This document shows, in pieces, positions 11,799 through 23,298 of a DNA stretch of 64,000 bases. Each line of letters begins with the position of its first letter. Position 1 is the first letter of the stretch. The position numbers and the translations under genes were made by a program. This DNA is from Klebsormidium nitens (Eukaryota; Plantae; Klebsormidiophyceae). The stretch covers positions 10,281 through 74,280 of the forward strand of contig DF237414.1 of the NCBI GenBank assembly GCA_000708835.1, read 5' to 3'. The notes under the pieces are model-generated. The model searched no databases, had not been told where the DNA came from, and saw nothing but the letters and a program-made list of their open reading frames with translations.

Positions 11799-14700
11799 AT
11801 GCCTCTTTTGAAGAGGAAACCGTATAGTCTCAGTAAGCGCCCGAAGGGACTGGAACCAAATGAGCAAGTGTTTAAGGTCCGCATAACCGGAGAGGTGTTC
11901 CGAGAGTATGAGTAAGCCCACAGTCATTGGTATTCCCGCACCATGCCTTGAAGATGTGAAATGCGCCACTCACTGTTTCATGCAAATCACATTTCACGGG
12001 GTTCTGACCATCAATTGGGATCACAGATCTTGAGCTGGTCCTGTTTAAGGTCTCCGTTGTGACTTTGTCGGCAGACTGCTTGCATTGTTCGCGCTGTCTA
12101 CACCACTACTACTGGATGTAGCCGGTTTTACCACCTTTTCGGACGGTGTGTCTCAACAGGTTTTTCTATGATTGTGAATAAAGAGCAACATGTCTTTTCT
12201 GCAAAGAACTCTATGTCGTTTGTGCTGTGTTGATGGCAGGTGTGTCCCCGTGGAGTCAGTGATTAGTGACGTCTAACTGGTGCTGTAGCAGATCTTCTTG
12301 ACAGCAAGTGCTGACGGCACTTTTTTCGTGGTTGACTGGTCTGAGAGGCCCTTCAGAACCCTAATGCTTAAGAGGACCACTCTTCCACTCGCTCAACGTT
12401 AGAAGCTGCAAAAGTTCACCAAGGCCGTTTTATACATGCAGCAAAAGTCTCCTTTCAACAAGCCCATTAGCAGGGTCTTGCTGCACTTACAAGGGCGCAT
12501 GTGCTGACTTGTCTAAGTCGTAATAGAAAAGATGGAGTGCATCTCAACACCCCTGAATGAGCGTCAATTGTAAGAAGCGTATTTGATTGGAACCAGACTG
12601 ACTTGGTGCCCCCATGGAACTTCACACTTGGGAATTTTGCACCAGTCAAAGTGGCTCCTCTGACATATTAAGCAGTCCTGAGACGTCTGTTCCTATATGC
12701 AGGGACTACATTGGGAGGGTCAACTTGTACAGGCAGCGAGTCTGGACCTGTAAGGCAACCGGCAAAACAAACCTGACGTATGAAGAGGCTCTGCTGTCTG
12801 AGCAGCGGGCAAACGAGAAGATCCAACAGTTCCCCAAGGCTTACGTCAAGCCGGTGCTAGAGATGATTCAATTCAGTAAGCCCAAGTATCCCGCTCTAGT
12901 TGTAGCGTGCCTTGCACTTCGAATGATTGTTGCATTCGGAACCTCCGTCCTTTGCAATCCATTGCAACAAGTGGGCGCTGATGAATGCACTCACCTCAGT
13001 CACAATATGGGCGCGGAAGAACCATGAGTCAGGCAAGCCGAGAGCTGATTTCGCTTCTCAAACTTCAGGTGCTCTTAGGTGCTCTCATCAGTGGAGACAT
13101 TCCATATTGCTCTCAGACCTTTGTCTGTGAATACAATATCCTTCTTAACTACGGTGATGAATTGGGTCTTCTGACCTCCAGTTTTTGCAGCCGGTTAAGC
13201 TCACGTCGTCTACGAACCTTTCACGAACAACCTCGCTTCAGCCAGCTAAGATAACTGGAAGGGGCACTGACCGGTTCAACCAGGCTTCGTTACAGGTTTA
13301 GCATGTCTGGTACAAGGGTAATCTAAGCAGTGGTTAACAGTGGCTTCTCTTTTGTTTCCAGGCCAAGCCCGACTTGACGACCTTGTGGATACAATCTTCA
13401 AGACATTCAAAGACCGTTTTGTCAAGGGCGAGGAAGTCGGGCTGAAGAAAGATGAGGGCGCCTTGTAAGTCACATGTATATCCCCGGATGCATAAGCTGT
13501 ACCTGAGTTATTGACCTGCACAAAAATGAAGAGTGTTGAGTGGAGGGTCCTCAAAGATTCCCTTTGGCTTGTCATCTCTACAAGGCACACCACTACAAAC
13601 AACTGTCGCCACCATATTGTTGCTTCTTTGTCGATTTTGGAATTCCTTTTCGAATTCAAGGGCCCATAATTGTCGCAGAAGGTATGGGGTCTTCAAAGCG
13701 AAGTCGCAACCCTGACGGGTCTAGTCAGGAGCGTTTCATCCTAAAGCAGACCCAATGTTCAACAACAAGCTCATTGACTGGGATCTGTTTGCTGTGAATG
13801 TGTCGCACTTTCTATGCTTAGCGGCTGTTGTTACTGTGGGACTAACGGGATTGTCCATTCAACAAACCCGGCTTGCATTTCACACTTCTGATTAAGACAA
13901 GCAGTTGAAGAAACAGCAACGAAGAAAAGCTCTTACCGCGGGATCGAACTTCCTGTACTGCAGGATTCGCGTCCGAGTATTGCGTGTCCTCGAAAATGAC
14001 CGGTACGAGGTTGGGTGGATTGCGAGCGACACGAGCGGGGCTGAGGAAGAGTACTGTGACACGACTGTGGAAGGAATGGACACCCTCGAGTGAGCTCCCT
14101 TGCACATCCGCATCTTATCGTCAGCCTTAGCGAGTCTCTGAGAAGATTTGCCGGATCAACAACGGACATTCCAGTCTCGTGGCCTCTTGTATCCAGTGAT
14201 TTTGATATCATTGCTTGTCTTCCTTGTGTCTCTGCCAGGCGCAAGAAGTACCACTTTCAGAAGTGGCTCAGCAAGGTTCCTCAGAGATCATTTGTGATAC
14301 TCTCAGGCCTTATGATGCAACTGCGATACGCTCATTAGGCTCGGAATCAGACCTTTCAAATCTTGCCTCTGCTAGGCGCAAGAAGTACCCCCTTCAGAAG
14401 TCGCTCCTCAAGACCTTCATCCGCGACTCCGCGACGATCGGCCTGACAAAGAACGCCCCGCTAGTTGTGCACGAGAAGCTGGCGCGCAAGTACGGGATCC
14501 CTACGGAGCCACCGGAGGAATTGAGAGAGCTGCTGTCGCCAAAGGGCAAGGCGAAGGGAGGGGACAAGACGGCTGAAAAGGACGCCAAACTGAAACGGAA
14601 GGTAAGGATCTACGGATTGATTTTTTACTCAATCATCAGAACCTTCTTTGCCCCCCCGGCGAAAGTAACATCAAGCTACCTCGTAGGAGCAGTAGGTGGG

Positions 14701-17700
14701 CTTCAAAGTCCTCACATTCGTTGTTTTAGGACTTTGGAAGAACGGGTTCAACTGCTAATTGACTTTGGAAGCCCTCCTGATTATGAATAGACACGATCCC
14801 GAGTGGGGAGATGCATCAACAATCAGGGGTTTGCTGATCTGACGTTGGGGTCCTAGACTGTTACGTCTCAGAATCGTAGTTTCGTCACCCTTTGTTGATC
14901 TGCGAGATCAGTGTCAGAAGAACTTGTGTGGCCCAATGCGAGCTCCATTCCTACAAGTGACGTGATCACTGACGCAGTCAATTTCGTCGTTCACTCGCCG
15001 TTTACAGAATATTGGATTGGTCCTCTTCGTATGACAATTTGAGCAGCTTTCTCTGCCATAGCTTCATCGTTCGGGTCGGAGTTCTGCGGTTCTTTTTTCT
15101 CAGGCAGGGCAGGCCTGAGGAAAGGAACAGTGGCGAGAAACCGAGCAGTCACAAAGAAGAAAGCTGTTCCGACAAGAATTGGGTTCCATTTCGACCGACT
15201 TTCGGCCTAGGAGGACTTCAAACAGTTGACACAGGTTGAGCGGAACGTGCGTGGTTCTGCAGCGTGTGCTAGGATTGCAGGATATCGAGCCACTTGGAGT
15301 TTGATTACTCTGAATACATGTATCGTCATTATCATTATACATTTCTTTGTGCTTTCCAGTTGGAAGAGCAGGACGCCAAGGCGCTGGCCAAGGAAGCGAA
15401 GAAGGCCAAGCGGGAGGGGGACAAGGAGCAGGCGCGCGAGGAGAAGCGCAAGCTCAAAGGTGAGGGCGACTCACTGACGCTGTCGTTGACGTTTGCTCAA
15501 TGCTTCTCAAATGGTTTGGAGAGTATTTCTTATACTATAAATAGTTGATATGCACAGTTGGGATCAGCTCACCGCTCTTCCTCCGGGGAACCAGTTATTG
15601 ACAGGTGAAGAGAGGCCCGTGCTTATTGTCCGTCTTGAGCTACGCTGAGCAACTTTCCAGGCTCACGTTTGCCTTCCAGCAGCGCGGTTCGAGTTGTCGT
15701 CCAGATAACGGGTGGATTTGTTAGTACTGACATGGTTCGAAGCTGACTGTGAGTACAATGTCAATCCCCTGCCAATCGGTCCGTTTCCATTCGGTCACTT
15801 GATGGCTTCAAGAGGTATTTTTTCCCTTCAAGAAGGAGTCCTTCCCTTCCTTCGCATTCCCATTTGGGCCTTATCGTTGCTTCATCGAGCGGTCTTTGTA
15901 TTGAGTGTTCCTTCTGCGGCAGGTTGTCTCGGGTCGGTGCAGGCCGGACCGATTCGCCAGCTTACATTCTTGCTGAGTTCAGCGCTCAGTAGAGACCCTC
16001 CGCTTTTCAGCTTGTTCAAGCTGTCCGACTATCAGGCTTCAATACTTCTATCATTCGCATCTGAGCAGCAAGAGAAGGAGCAGAAGCGAATTGAAGTAAC
16101 TTTTCCGAGTCTATTGGGTGGGGCTTGACTGTCCCGTTCCTTTGGCTTCTGCAGCGGAAGAGGAGGAGCAGAAGCGGATCGAGGACGAGCTGAAGCGCAT
16201 CAAGTACCCGATCGAGGACACCGAGGTTCTGTTGGGGCCCTCGGAGAAGCCCCCCGGGCCGCGCCCCGCGCTTACCCGCGACTTTGCGGTGCCGCACGAG
16301 CTGGTCGGGAGCTTGCTCATGGTCTGGGATTTTTTGATGTCCTTCAGGTAAGGGGAGCCTACCGTCCTTTTTCAAATGCCAGATTGGAAACATGGGTCGT
16401 CCAAAAGCTGGTGTGCAGAACAGCGGGGATTGGGCTGTTTGATGCTTGGGAAGCCGGAACCATGTGCTTGTCGTTGGGCTTTAAAGCCTTGGGACGGGTG
16501 TCATTGGCGCTTTCTTCAGAGCTGCCCCTTAATGTTGATCCGAACCAAGCCCTTCACGCCACTATCACAAAAGTCCACAAGCGCAGGACGCACAATGTTC
16601 CGTTTCGCGCTTCGGATGAGGGCAGAAGGGCTCGCACAAGCGCGATGAATCTCTCTGCGAAGTCCCTTATCGCATCCGACTGACAATGAAACCCAATACG
16701 CGAGTGAAAAGGAAACGTCGATCCTAATGGAAAAGTTGCTCATCCGCAGCCCTTACCTTGTGCAGGAAAGTCTCTAGAAAACTCAAAGCTCACTGTTTCT
16801 ACTCATCTTCACGCAGCAAGCAAGTGAAGCTGTCTCCGTTCGCATTGGAGGAACTAGAGGCGGCGCTTCTGTACCGCGATGGCGAGGTGGCGATGCTGGC
16901 GGAGGTGCACTACGCGCTCATGCGCGTCTGCCTCGACGACGCGGACCACTACGACCGCCTGTCGAGAAAGTCCAAGCGCGCGACGCAGGTTGGTTCTGTG
17001 GAATTATTTTTCTGGGTTACCAAACTTTTTAGAATCGTACTGGCTTAGGTGCTGCTGACCGAGGTGTACTATGACCTGATGCGCGTCTGCCTCGACGACG
17101 CGGACCACTACGACCGCCTGTCGAGAAAGTCCAAGCGCGCGACGCAGGTGGGTTCCGTTGTTGCGAACTTCCAAAATATTCTGCTCATTGCAATACTGCT
17201 CGCCGCGGTGCATATGCACTCGTGCGCGGCTGCCTCAGGTGTGTGATTACTATGACTGCCACCCACGAACTGAAAAAGTGTGCAGCAGCAAGAGTCCTTG
17301 TGCGGTCACCCGTTTGGGTATGTGGAAGTCTTTGCAGAGGACGCACGTCGAGAACGTCCATCTGAATAAGACGAAAGTGCGGCTTCGTGATATGATCACT
17401 CTTCAGAAAGCTGCCGCCAATCTGCGGAACCCAAGCTACGTGATTGCATCCGACACTTCTGACTCCCAATTGGGAAACCCCCATGTGCGAAGATCCGGAT
17501 TCCAAAGCTGTGCACTTGACCACTCGACGCCTCATCCCTCCGTTTCACCGCTGCTAATTGAGAGCTAGGTCGAGAACATGTGCATCTACTTTGGCAGAAA
17601 AGGTGGTCATGGAACCCTTTTGTTTGGGGGCCTAGGAGATGTTAAACCTTCCTTTCTTGCAGCTGTCGCTCGAAAGCTGGACCAAAGACTTGGGCATCTA

Positions 17701-20700
17701 GGTAGCATAGGAGCGTCCCTGAGAACTCTGGTCTTTCTCAGCGTGCCGAGAAACGTTGGACACTTCATTCTCGCAGCTGTTGCCCGAGGGCTGGACCAAG
17801 GACCTGCGCAGCAACATTGACGCCCGATGAACTTCGGAACCTTCGCGGGAGCCGGACCTAAAGCTCAAAACAACCACAAGGGCAGAACAGTGAACTTAAA
17901 ACTCTTTCTTTTGAGCGAGCAGAAAATCGAAAGAGCCGTTTTTGTTTGCAGCTTTCGCTCGAGAGCTGGACCGAGGACCTGTGCAACTACATCGAGGCGC
18001 GCAACGAGGCCCGCGAAGAACACGAAGAAGAAGCGTCCGAAGACGACGAGTCCCAAGGCGAGGCGTCCGATGCCGAGCCGTCCGAAAAAGAACAAGGAAC
18101 GCCCAAGCAGAAGAAAGAGAAGGCGCCGGAACCTCCGGGGCCGTCGCCGAAGAGCGACGAGAGCTTTGCGGAGTGCGTGTCGGCGCTGCAGCGGGATCAC
18201 TACTGGGACGAGATCGACGTGCGGAAGAAAGTGGCGCTGTTAGCGGCGCTGGTGGATCACGCAGTGCAGACCGAGATCATCAGGTGTGGAACATAATCAA
18301 CTCTTTGCCCAGATTGCTTTGGTTCTGTTTTTGGCTTTCAATTTGCCGTTTGAATTGTGGATCTTCTTCTGTGCGGAATGAATTTGATTGGAAAGTGAGC
18401 ACCAATGATTGGCGGGGTGCACTTTTGGGACGGGATCGACGTGCGGAAGAAAGTGGCGCTCTTGGCGGCGTCCGTAGACCACGCTGTGCAGACCAAGATT
18501 ATCAGGTAATGGGGACAGTTGACTGTTTGCCCATGTTTCATTGGTTTTTTCGATTATCTGCTAGTTGGGTCTGCTTCTGTGGTGAATCAACCTGTTTTGA
18601 AACTGAGCCCCAAGACGCGGGGGGGGCACTATTGGGACGAGAATCGACGACTGAAGGAAGTGGCGCTCTCGGCCGCACTTGCGAACCTTGCAAAGCAGAC
18701 GGAAAGTATCAAGTGCGGGCAACGCTTGACTGTTTGCACAAGTTTGGTTGGCTTTCTTCTTCCTTCAACATGTCCGTGCAATTGTGAAGGTCTGCATGCG
18801 TCGCCCTTGGGCCGTCTGGATCTTGACCCTTCGTTACTCTCGTGAGCTCCGTCTTGTTAATACTCCTCTGGATATCTTGCACTCGAAACGGAGATGTAAG
18901 GAAATTATGGTCTAGAACGGCCCGCTTCGGTCCTTCATCTGGCAATTTACCTGGATTGGCCCCTGTTTCGGAAATTCCTGGTTAGCCACTGTCCGTTGAA
19001 TCCTGCCTGATGTTTCTCTGTTTCAAATTTTCTCTTTTTCTACCACATTGGAACGGGAGCCTAAGTAGACTTCATGCAAGCGAGGTCTGGACCAAACCTG
19101 GATGCATAGGTTGCTAAAGCGCGGGGGAAAACGCAGGAGATTCTGACACTCTGATGTAACGCAAAATGAACCTCACAACCATATCTCAGATCGGATTCCG
19201 TTCTCGCAGGGGTCAGCTGGATCAGAACTGGGACGACCTTCAGCAGCTGAAGGCGCGCAAGCGCGAGGAAGATGCGGAGTGGCGGAAGCACCAGAGGGAG
19301 GAGAAGGCGCGGGCGCGCGCAGAGGGTATCGAGCAGCAAGGGACGACCGAGGGTGACGGGGAGATTGTGCTGGAGGAAGGGGAAGAGAACGGTGAGGGGA
19401 GTGAAGTGATATACGGCCAAGTCAGAGTGTTGATTGATCGACTGCGTTTCTTGAGGCGGTCGTGTCCATCCTTTGGGTACTACGGAAAGGTCTTTGTTCG
19501 CAAATCATTTCTGTCAATTGAATGACGTGCATTGATGCATCAGATACTTCTGAACAGTTTCCTGGGAAATGCATGCTCTAGTGAGCTCGGTAAAGGTTGA
19601 GATGATCAATGCGACTGAGCTCACGGCTTAACAGATACAAGCGAAAGTAAATAGAAATGTTCCCAGTGCAGTCTACAAAACCATGACTCTGAACGAGCGA
19701 CTAAGAGCTTTGCAATTACCATCTCACCCGCTTTTCGCCCCTGCCGATGTCCCCTCCGGACGTTCACCACTGCTTTCTTCGAAGAGGCGCGTGGGAACGC
19801 TTTCTGACGTCACCGTCTGTTTTGCAGGTGCGGCGGGAAGTGACGAGGAACAAGAAGCAAACGAGGAGGAAGAAGAGGATGCCGGAGAGGGCGAGGAGGG
19901 GGCCGCGAATGGCGTCAGCAGAAATGGGAGGGGGGGATCCCCCTCATCCAGCACAAATAGGTGCGGGCTCCTCTAAGCTTTTTCTGCGGTCCTTCTGAGA
20001 AATGGTCGCTCTCTCATTATCTCGTTACGTTGTCCTGAGCAGTATCTCACACAACCTGCTCACTGCAGAGATTGGAACGCCTAGCCGCTATAATGGACGT
20101 CAACTCAGGCGGAGGGATCGGATTTGTGTTCGCAGGGCCTGCCCGAAGTGTTTCTGAAAATCTTGATCCAGAAACTTTGGTCAGCGGACTGTTGTCATAG
20201 CCGTATGGGAAGCTCACAAAGTTGCACGACCTGTTCTGGCTGCTTCATAGGGAGCAGGTCACCTGTTTTAGCAGCATCTTTGCCTAGAACGCCCGTCACC
20301 GAAATCGGAGCGGGTTCAGGAAACTACCCATCTGCTAAACCACATTTCTGAAAATCCATATGCAGTGTGGTTTCGTCTTTAACCCATGGCCACCGGCTTT
20401 TCGCTCGCCAATGCTTGGTCAAGAAATCGACCCACTTTCAAAGCTTTGCTCAGGATGCCCCAGCTCAGGACCTCACTGTCTGGGTGCTAACCCGCCGGTT
20501 TCGATCCCCTTGTGCAGCGCCCTGGCGCACATGTCTCAGGCGCAGGCGCGGTTGTTTCTGCAGCAGCAGCACGCGGCGGTCCGCGAGCGTGCTTTAACTT
20601 ACGGTCACGAACGTTGACCCTGCCTGTTAGGCTTGACCCACATTTTTCTTTGTGCAGTGCACTTGCCGAGATGTCGCAAGCGCAGGCGAGACTGTTCCTG

Positions 20701-23298
20701 CTTCAACGTTGTGGTTAAAACCCTTTATTGAGGTTTTTTTCGGATTATCGTAACTCTGGATGACCCATGTGAAGACCTTGCTTCGTTCTATCATTTCGGG
20801 CGCAGACCCATGCTTTCGCTCCCGTTGTGCAGCGCACTGGCGGGGATGTCGCGGGCGCAGGCGCGGCTGTTTTTGCTGCAGCAACGCGCTGCGGACCGCG
20901 AGCGGGCGGAGGAGGGCCGGCGCGCACAGTACGAGGAGCAGCGGCGGGCGCAGCGGGAGAAGGCGAAAGAAGCGGCAGCGGTGACGGCGGAGCGGAAGAA
21001 GCGGGAACAAGAGGAGGCGGAGCGGCAGAAAAGGGTGAGGTTTCAGGAGCGTACCAGAGACACTTCGGAGTCAGCTTCAGAATTTCGAATGCACTTTGCA
21101 GACTTGACACGTGTGCTCTGCCCATTGGAGGAGCTGTTGAACTTCACGTCCGACGACATTTTAAAGGAAAAATTTTCTAGAGAATGGCTTGCATGTGGGT
21201 GTGGCGCCTTGAGCGTTGAACATGTTTCCCTGTTTTGAATTCTCTGACGTAAAGACATCATGATGCGCGGGGAGAAACGTACGCGTGTGTGAAACTTTCG
21301 ACGGCTACTGAATAGCGTTTTCTCTGGAAGCAGTCGGAACTCTGCAGAAAATGGTCCACGATAACCTTTCTGGTCACGCTGACGGCATCTTGCTTACGCA
21401 TAGACGGAGCAGTACGAGCGGGAGCTCGACAAGGTTGTCGCCAAACGCGTTGGACTAGCCTTTGGTTTTCAGCGCTCGGATGCGCACAACAAAGTAGACG
21501 GTCAGCGACTCACCCTTCTCACATTGGTAACATCATCCTGACGAGATCGTGACGTCTTTCCTGACGCAGGAGGAGCAGTACGAGCGGGAGTTCGATAAGT
21601 ACTTTGTGCGGCGGAAACCGCTGGGCCTAGACAAGGACCACAACCGGTACTGGTACTTCCCACGGGAGCCGCGTCTTTTCGTCGAGTCGGAGGACTCGGC
21701 CACGTGGGGCTACTACCAGGCAAAAGAGGAGGTGAGTTGTGCGCGGACAATCTCCCTTCTTCCCCCTTCTTTTTCAAGGTCTCAGGGCTGTCCAGTATAT
21801 TGGACGTTCCCGTGCATGTGGGGCTACCACCAAGCAAAAGAGGAGGTGGGTCGCGCGGGGACAGTATTAAAAGGTGTATATTTCTTTCCCCTTCTTTTCC
21901 GAGAATTCAGCGCGCGACAGTCGCCAAAAGTGTATATTTCTGTCCCTTCTCTTTCGAAGTCTCGGGTCGGTTCTGCGTGGTACTGTTGGCTTTCACTTGG
22001 ACGTTCTTGTGTATGTGGGGCTACGACCAGGCGAAAGAGGAGGTGAGCAGCGCGGTTGCAGCGCAGCCTGGCCTTAGAAGGGTGACGTTGGCTGTTGTGT
22101 GCACGCTTTGACTCGTTGAAGAAGCCTCGTTTTGAGAGCCCTGCGCCGCTTTCTTCTAAGTTGTAACTCTGCGACCTTCAACATTCTCGTGTTCTCCGTC
22201 CCAATTCCCGCTTTTGGAGGTCCCAGGATCAGAAGCGCGATCCGTCCAGCCAAAATGGTTTCATCGTCGTAGAGCAGTTAACATTCCAGTAACTTGCGCG
22301 TGCTTAATCATCCTCTCTCATGATTGCAACGTGTTCCGCTCCCATTTACTCTTGGTTTTGTGATTACCAAGCTCCATGAATAATAAGGTCGGACCATCGA
22401 GCAGAACAAGCTAAAACCCCTAACCCAGTGGTTCACGGCGCTCGACACTCGAACCACCGGAGCCCTCAGCTATCCCCACCCGTTCCCCGGGCTTGACGTT
22501 ATGGTTCATCGGCTTTACATAAATAGACCCGCAACTTTTTTGCTCCCAGTTGGACGCACTCTTCACGTCCCTCAATCCGAAAGGCGTTCGGGAGCGGGGG
22601 CTGCAAAGGGCGCTCGAGCGACACTATTCCAAAATCAGGTCAGGAGTTTGCGACCTCTATTCTACTCAGCTGGCCTAGGCAATTGGCATTGGCCTAAGCA
22701 TTGACTTGATGTTTGTGAATCGGTAATGCCTCGTTGTTGTCAGTCCTGCTTGTTGACTCTTGTTCCACCTTCTTGAGTGATGAAAATCTTCGGGGATGAC
22801 AAGTCTTGTCGGTAGACTGTTTCATTGTGTTTCATCGTTAGTGGCACTCATTGTTTCATCAGTTGCAGTCAGCGACGTGAACGTGCTCGCACTGGACGCA
22901 AAGTTCGATGCTAGCGAAACGGTCTTGAGAGGCTGCTTCCTCGGCGAAAGCATCATGACTTGAACTGCATCTTCCATAGCTGCTGTTATTGATTGGCGGT
23001 GGTATGTTCATGGAGTCCAAACATGCCGATCACTTGCCACTAGTTGTTCTCACTTCCTGCATTGAAATAGACAGCATAACCCCTCATTTTCACAACACTC
23101 TGACTCCGAAAGGTTCTCATGCGACCGTCAAAAATATCTTCCATTTCTTGCAGCGCCGCGCTTTCAAAGCGCTCAAGGGAGCTTTCACAAAAGCTTGCTC
23201 TGGACGAGGCAGCCATCCGACGGTCTAGCAGAGTCAAGTCCGCTCCCCGTGCGGCCCCATTCTTGTCGTACGTCAACAAGTACACATCAGGATACTAA
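11799..23298 (+). CDS. DDW1: WAC-DDT-WHIM domain ISWI-partner chromatin protein (ACF1/WSTF-like; Arabidopsis DDW1-like), about 816 aa
   Basis: 15 exons: 11799-11911, 12703-12875, 13362-13464, 13964-14089, 14376-14601, 15360-15459, 16155-16347, 16817-16988, 17952-18283, 19210-19391, 19828-19960, 20833-21034, 21570-21731, 22550-22638, 23154-23298, summing to 2451 nt in frame. WAC domain MPLLKRKP...FREYEDYIGRVNLYRQRVWTCKATGKTNLTYEEALLSE; DDT domain VGSLLMVWDFLMSFSKQVKLSPFALEELEAAL; WHIM1 KVALLAALVDHAVQTEIIR; WSD/WHIM2-3 RRKPLGLDKDHNRYWYF...LDALFTSLNPKGVRERGL. Confidence 0.9.
14230..14280 (+). repeat. Intronic echo of the acceptor and 5' end of DDT-gene exon 5
   Basis: TCTCTGCCAG|GCGCAAGAAGTACCACTTTCAGAAGTGGCTCAGCAAG at 14239 versus real CCTCTGCTAG|GCGCAAGAAGTACCCCCTTCAGAAGTCGCTCCTCAAG at 14376 (137 bp apart). 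Confidence 0.88.
16065..16097 (+). repeat. Intronic echo of the 5' end of DDT-gene exon 7
   Basis: GCAGCAAGAGAAGGAGCAGAAGCGAATTGAAG versus real GCAG|CGGAAGAGGAGGAGCAGAAGCGGATCGAGG at 16155 (about 86 bp apart). Confidence 0.65.
17049..17149 (+). repeat. Near-perfect duplicate of the 3' end of DDT-gene exon 8, bounded by AG and GT
   Basis: 17079-17149 is identical to 16920-16990 (71 bp). The copy 17049-17147 is 99 nt, flanked by TTAG| and |GTGGG. Confidence 0.95.
17655..17825 (+). repeat. Two intronic echoes of the acceptor and 5' end of DDT-gene exon 9
   Basis: TTGCAG|CTGTCGCTCGAAAGCTGGACCAAAGAC (17663) and TCGCAG|CTGTTGCCCGAGGGCTGGACCAAGGACCTGCGCAGCAACATTGA (17777) versus real TTGCAG|CTTTCGCTCGAGAGCTGGACCGAGGACCTGTGCAACTACATCGA (17952). 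Confidence 0.92.
18420..18760 (+). repeat. Two tandem echoes of the 3' end and donor of DDT-gene exon 9
   Basis: Copies at 18420-18505 and 18628-18712 of CACTACTGGGACGAGATCGACGTGCGGAAGAAAGTGGCGCTG...ATCATCAG|GT (real donor after 18283); units about 222 and 207 bp. Confidence 0.93.
20505..20710 (+). repeat. Two intronic echoes of the acceptor and 5' end of DDT-gene exon 12
   Basis: TGTGCAG|CGCCCTGGCGCACATGTCTCAGGCGCAGGCGCGGTTGTTTCTGCAGCAG (20518) and TGTGCAG|TGCACTTGCCGAGATGTCGCAAGCGCAGGCGAGACTGTTCCTGCTTCAA (20658) versus the real exon start at 20833. Confidence 0.92.
21398..22055 (+). repeat. Echoes on both sides of DDT-gene exon 13 (one 5' copy, two 3' copies)
   Basis: 5' copy GGAGCAGTACGAGCGGGAGCTCGACAAG at about 21405 (real exon start 21570). 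3' copies TGGGGCTACCACCAAGCAAAAGAGGAG|GT ending 21845 and TGGGGCTACGACCAGGCGAAAGAGGAG|GTGAG ending 22042 (real donor after 21731). Confidence 0.92.

Noticed and set aside
15104-15200. Possible additional DDT-gene exon (GRPEERNSGEKPSSHKEESC…)
   Set aside because: Exons 5 and 6 already join in phase 0, and no convincing donor or conserved content supports this segment.
22420-22500. Possible tRNA- or SINE-like element on the minus strand (TAGCTGAG...GGTTCGAGT)
   Set aside because: A- and B-box matches are weak and too close together; no cloverleaf, acceptor stem or poly-A/T tail.
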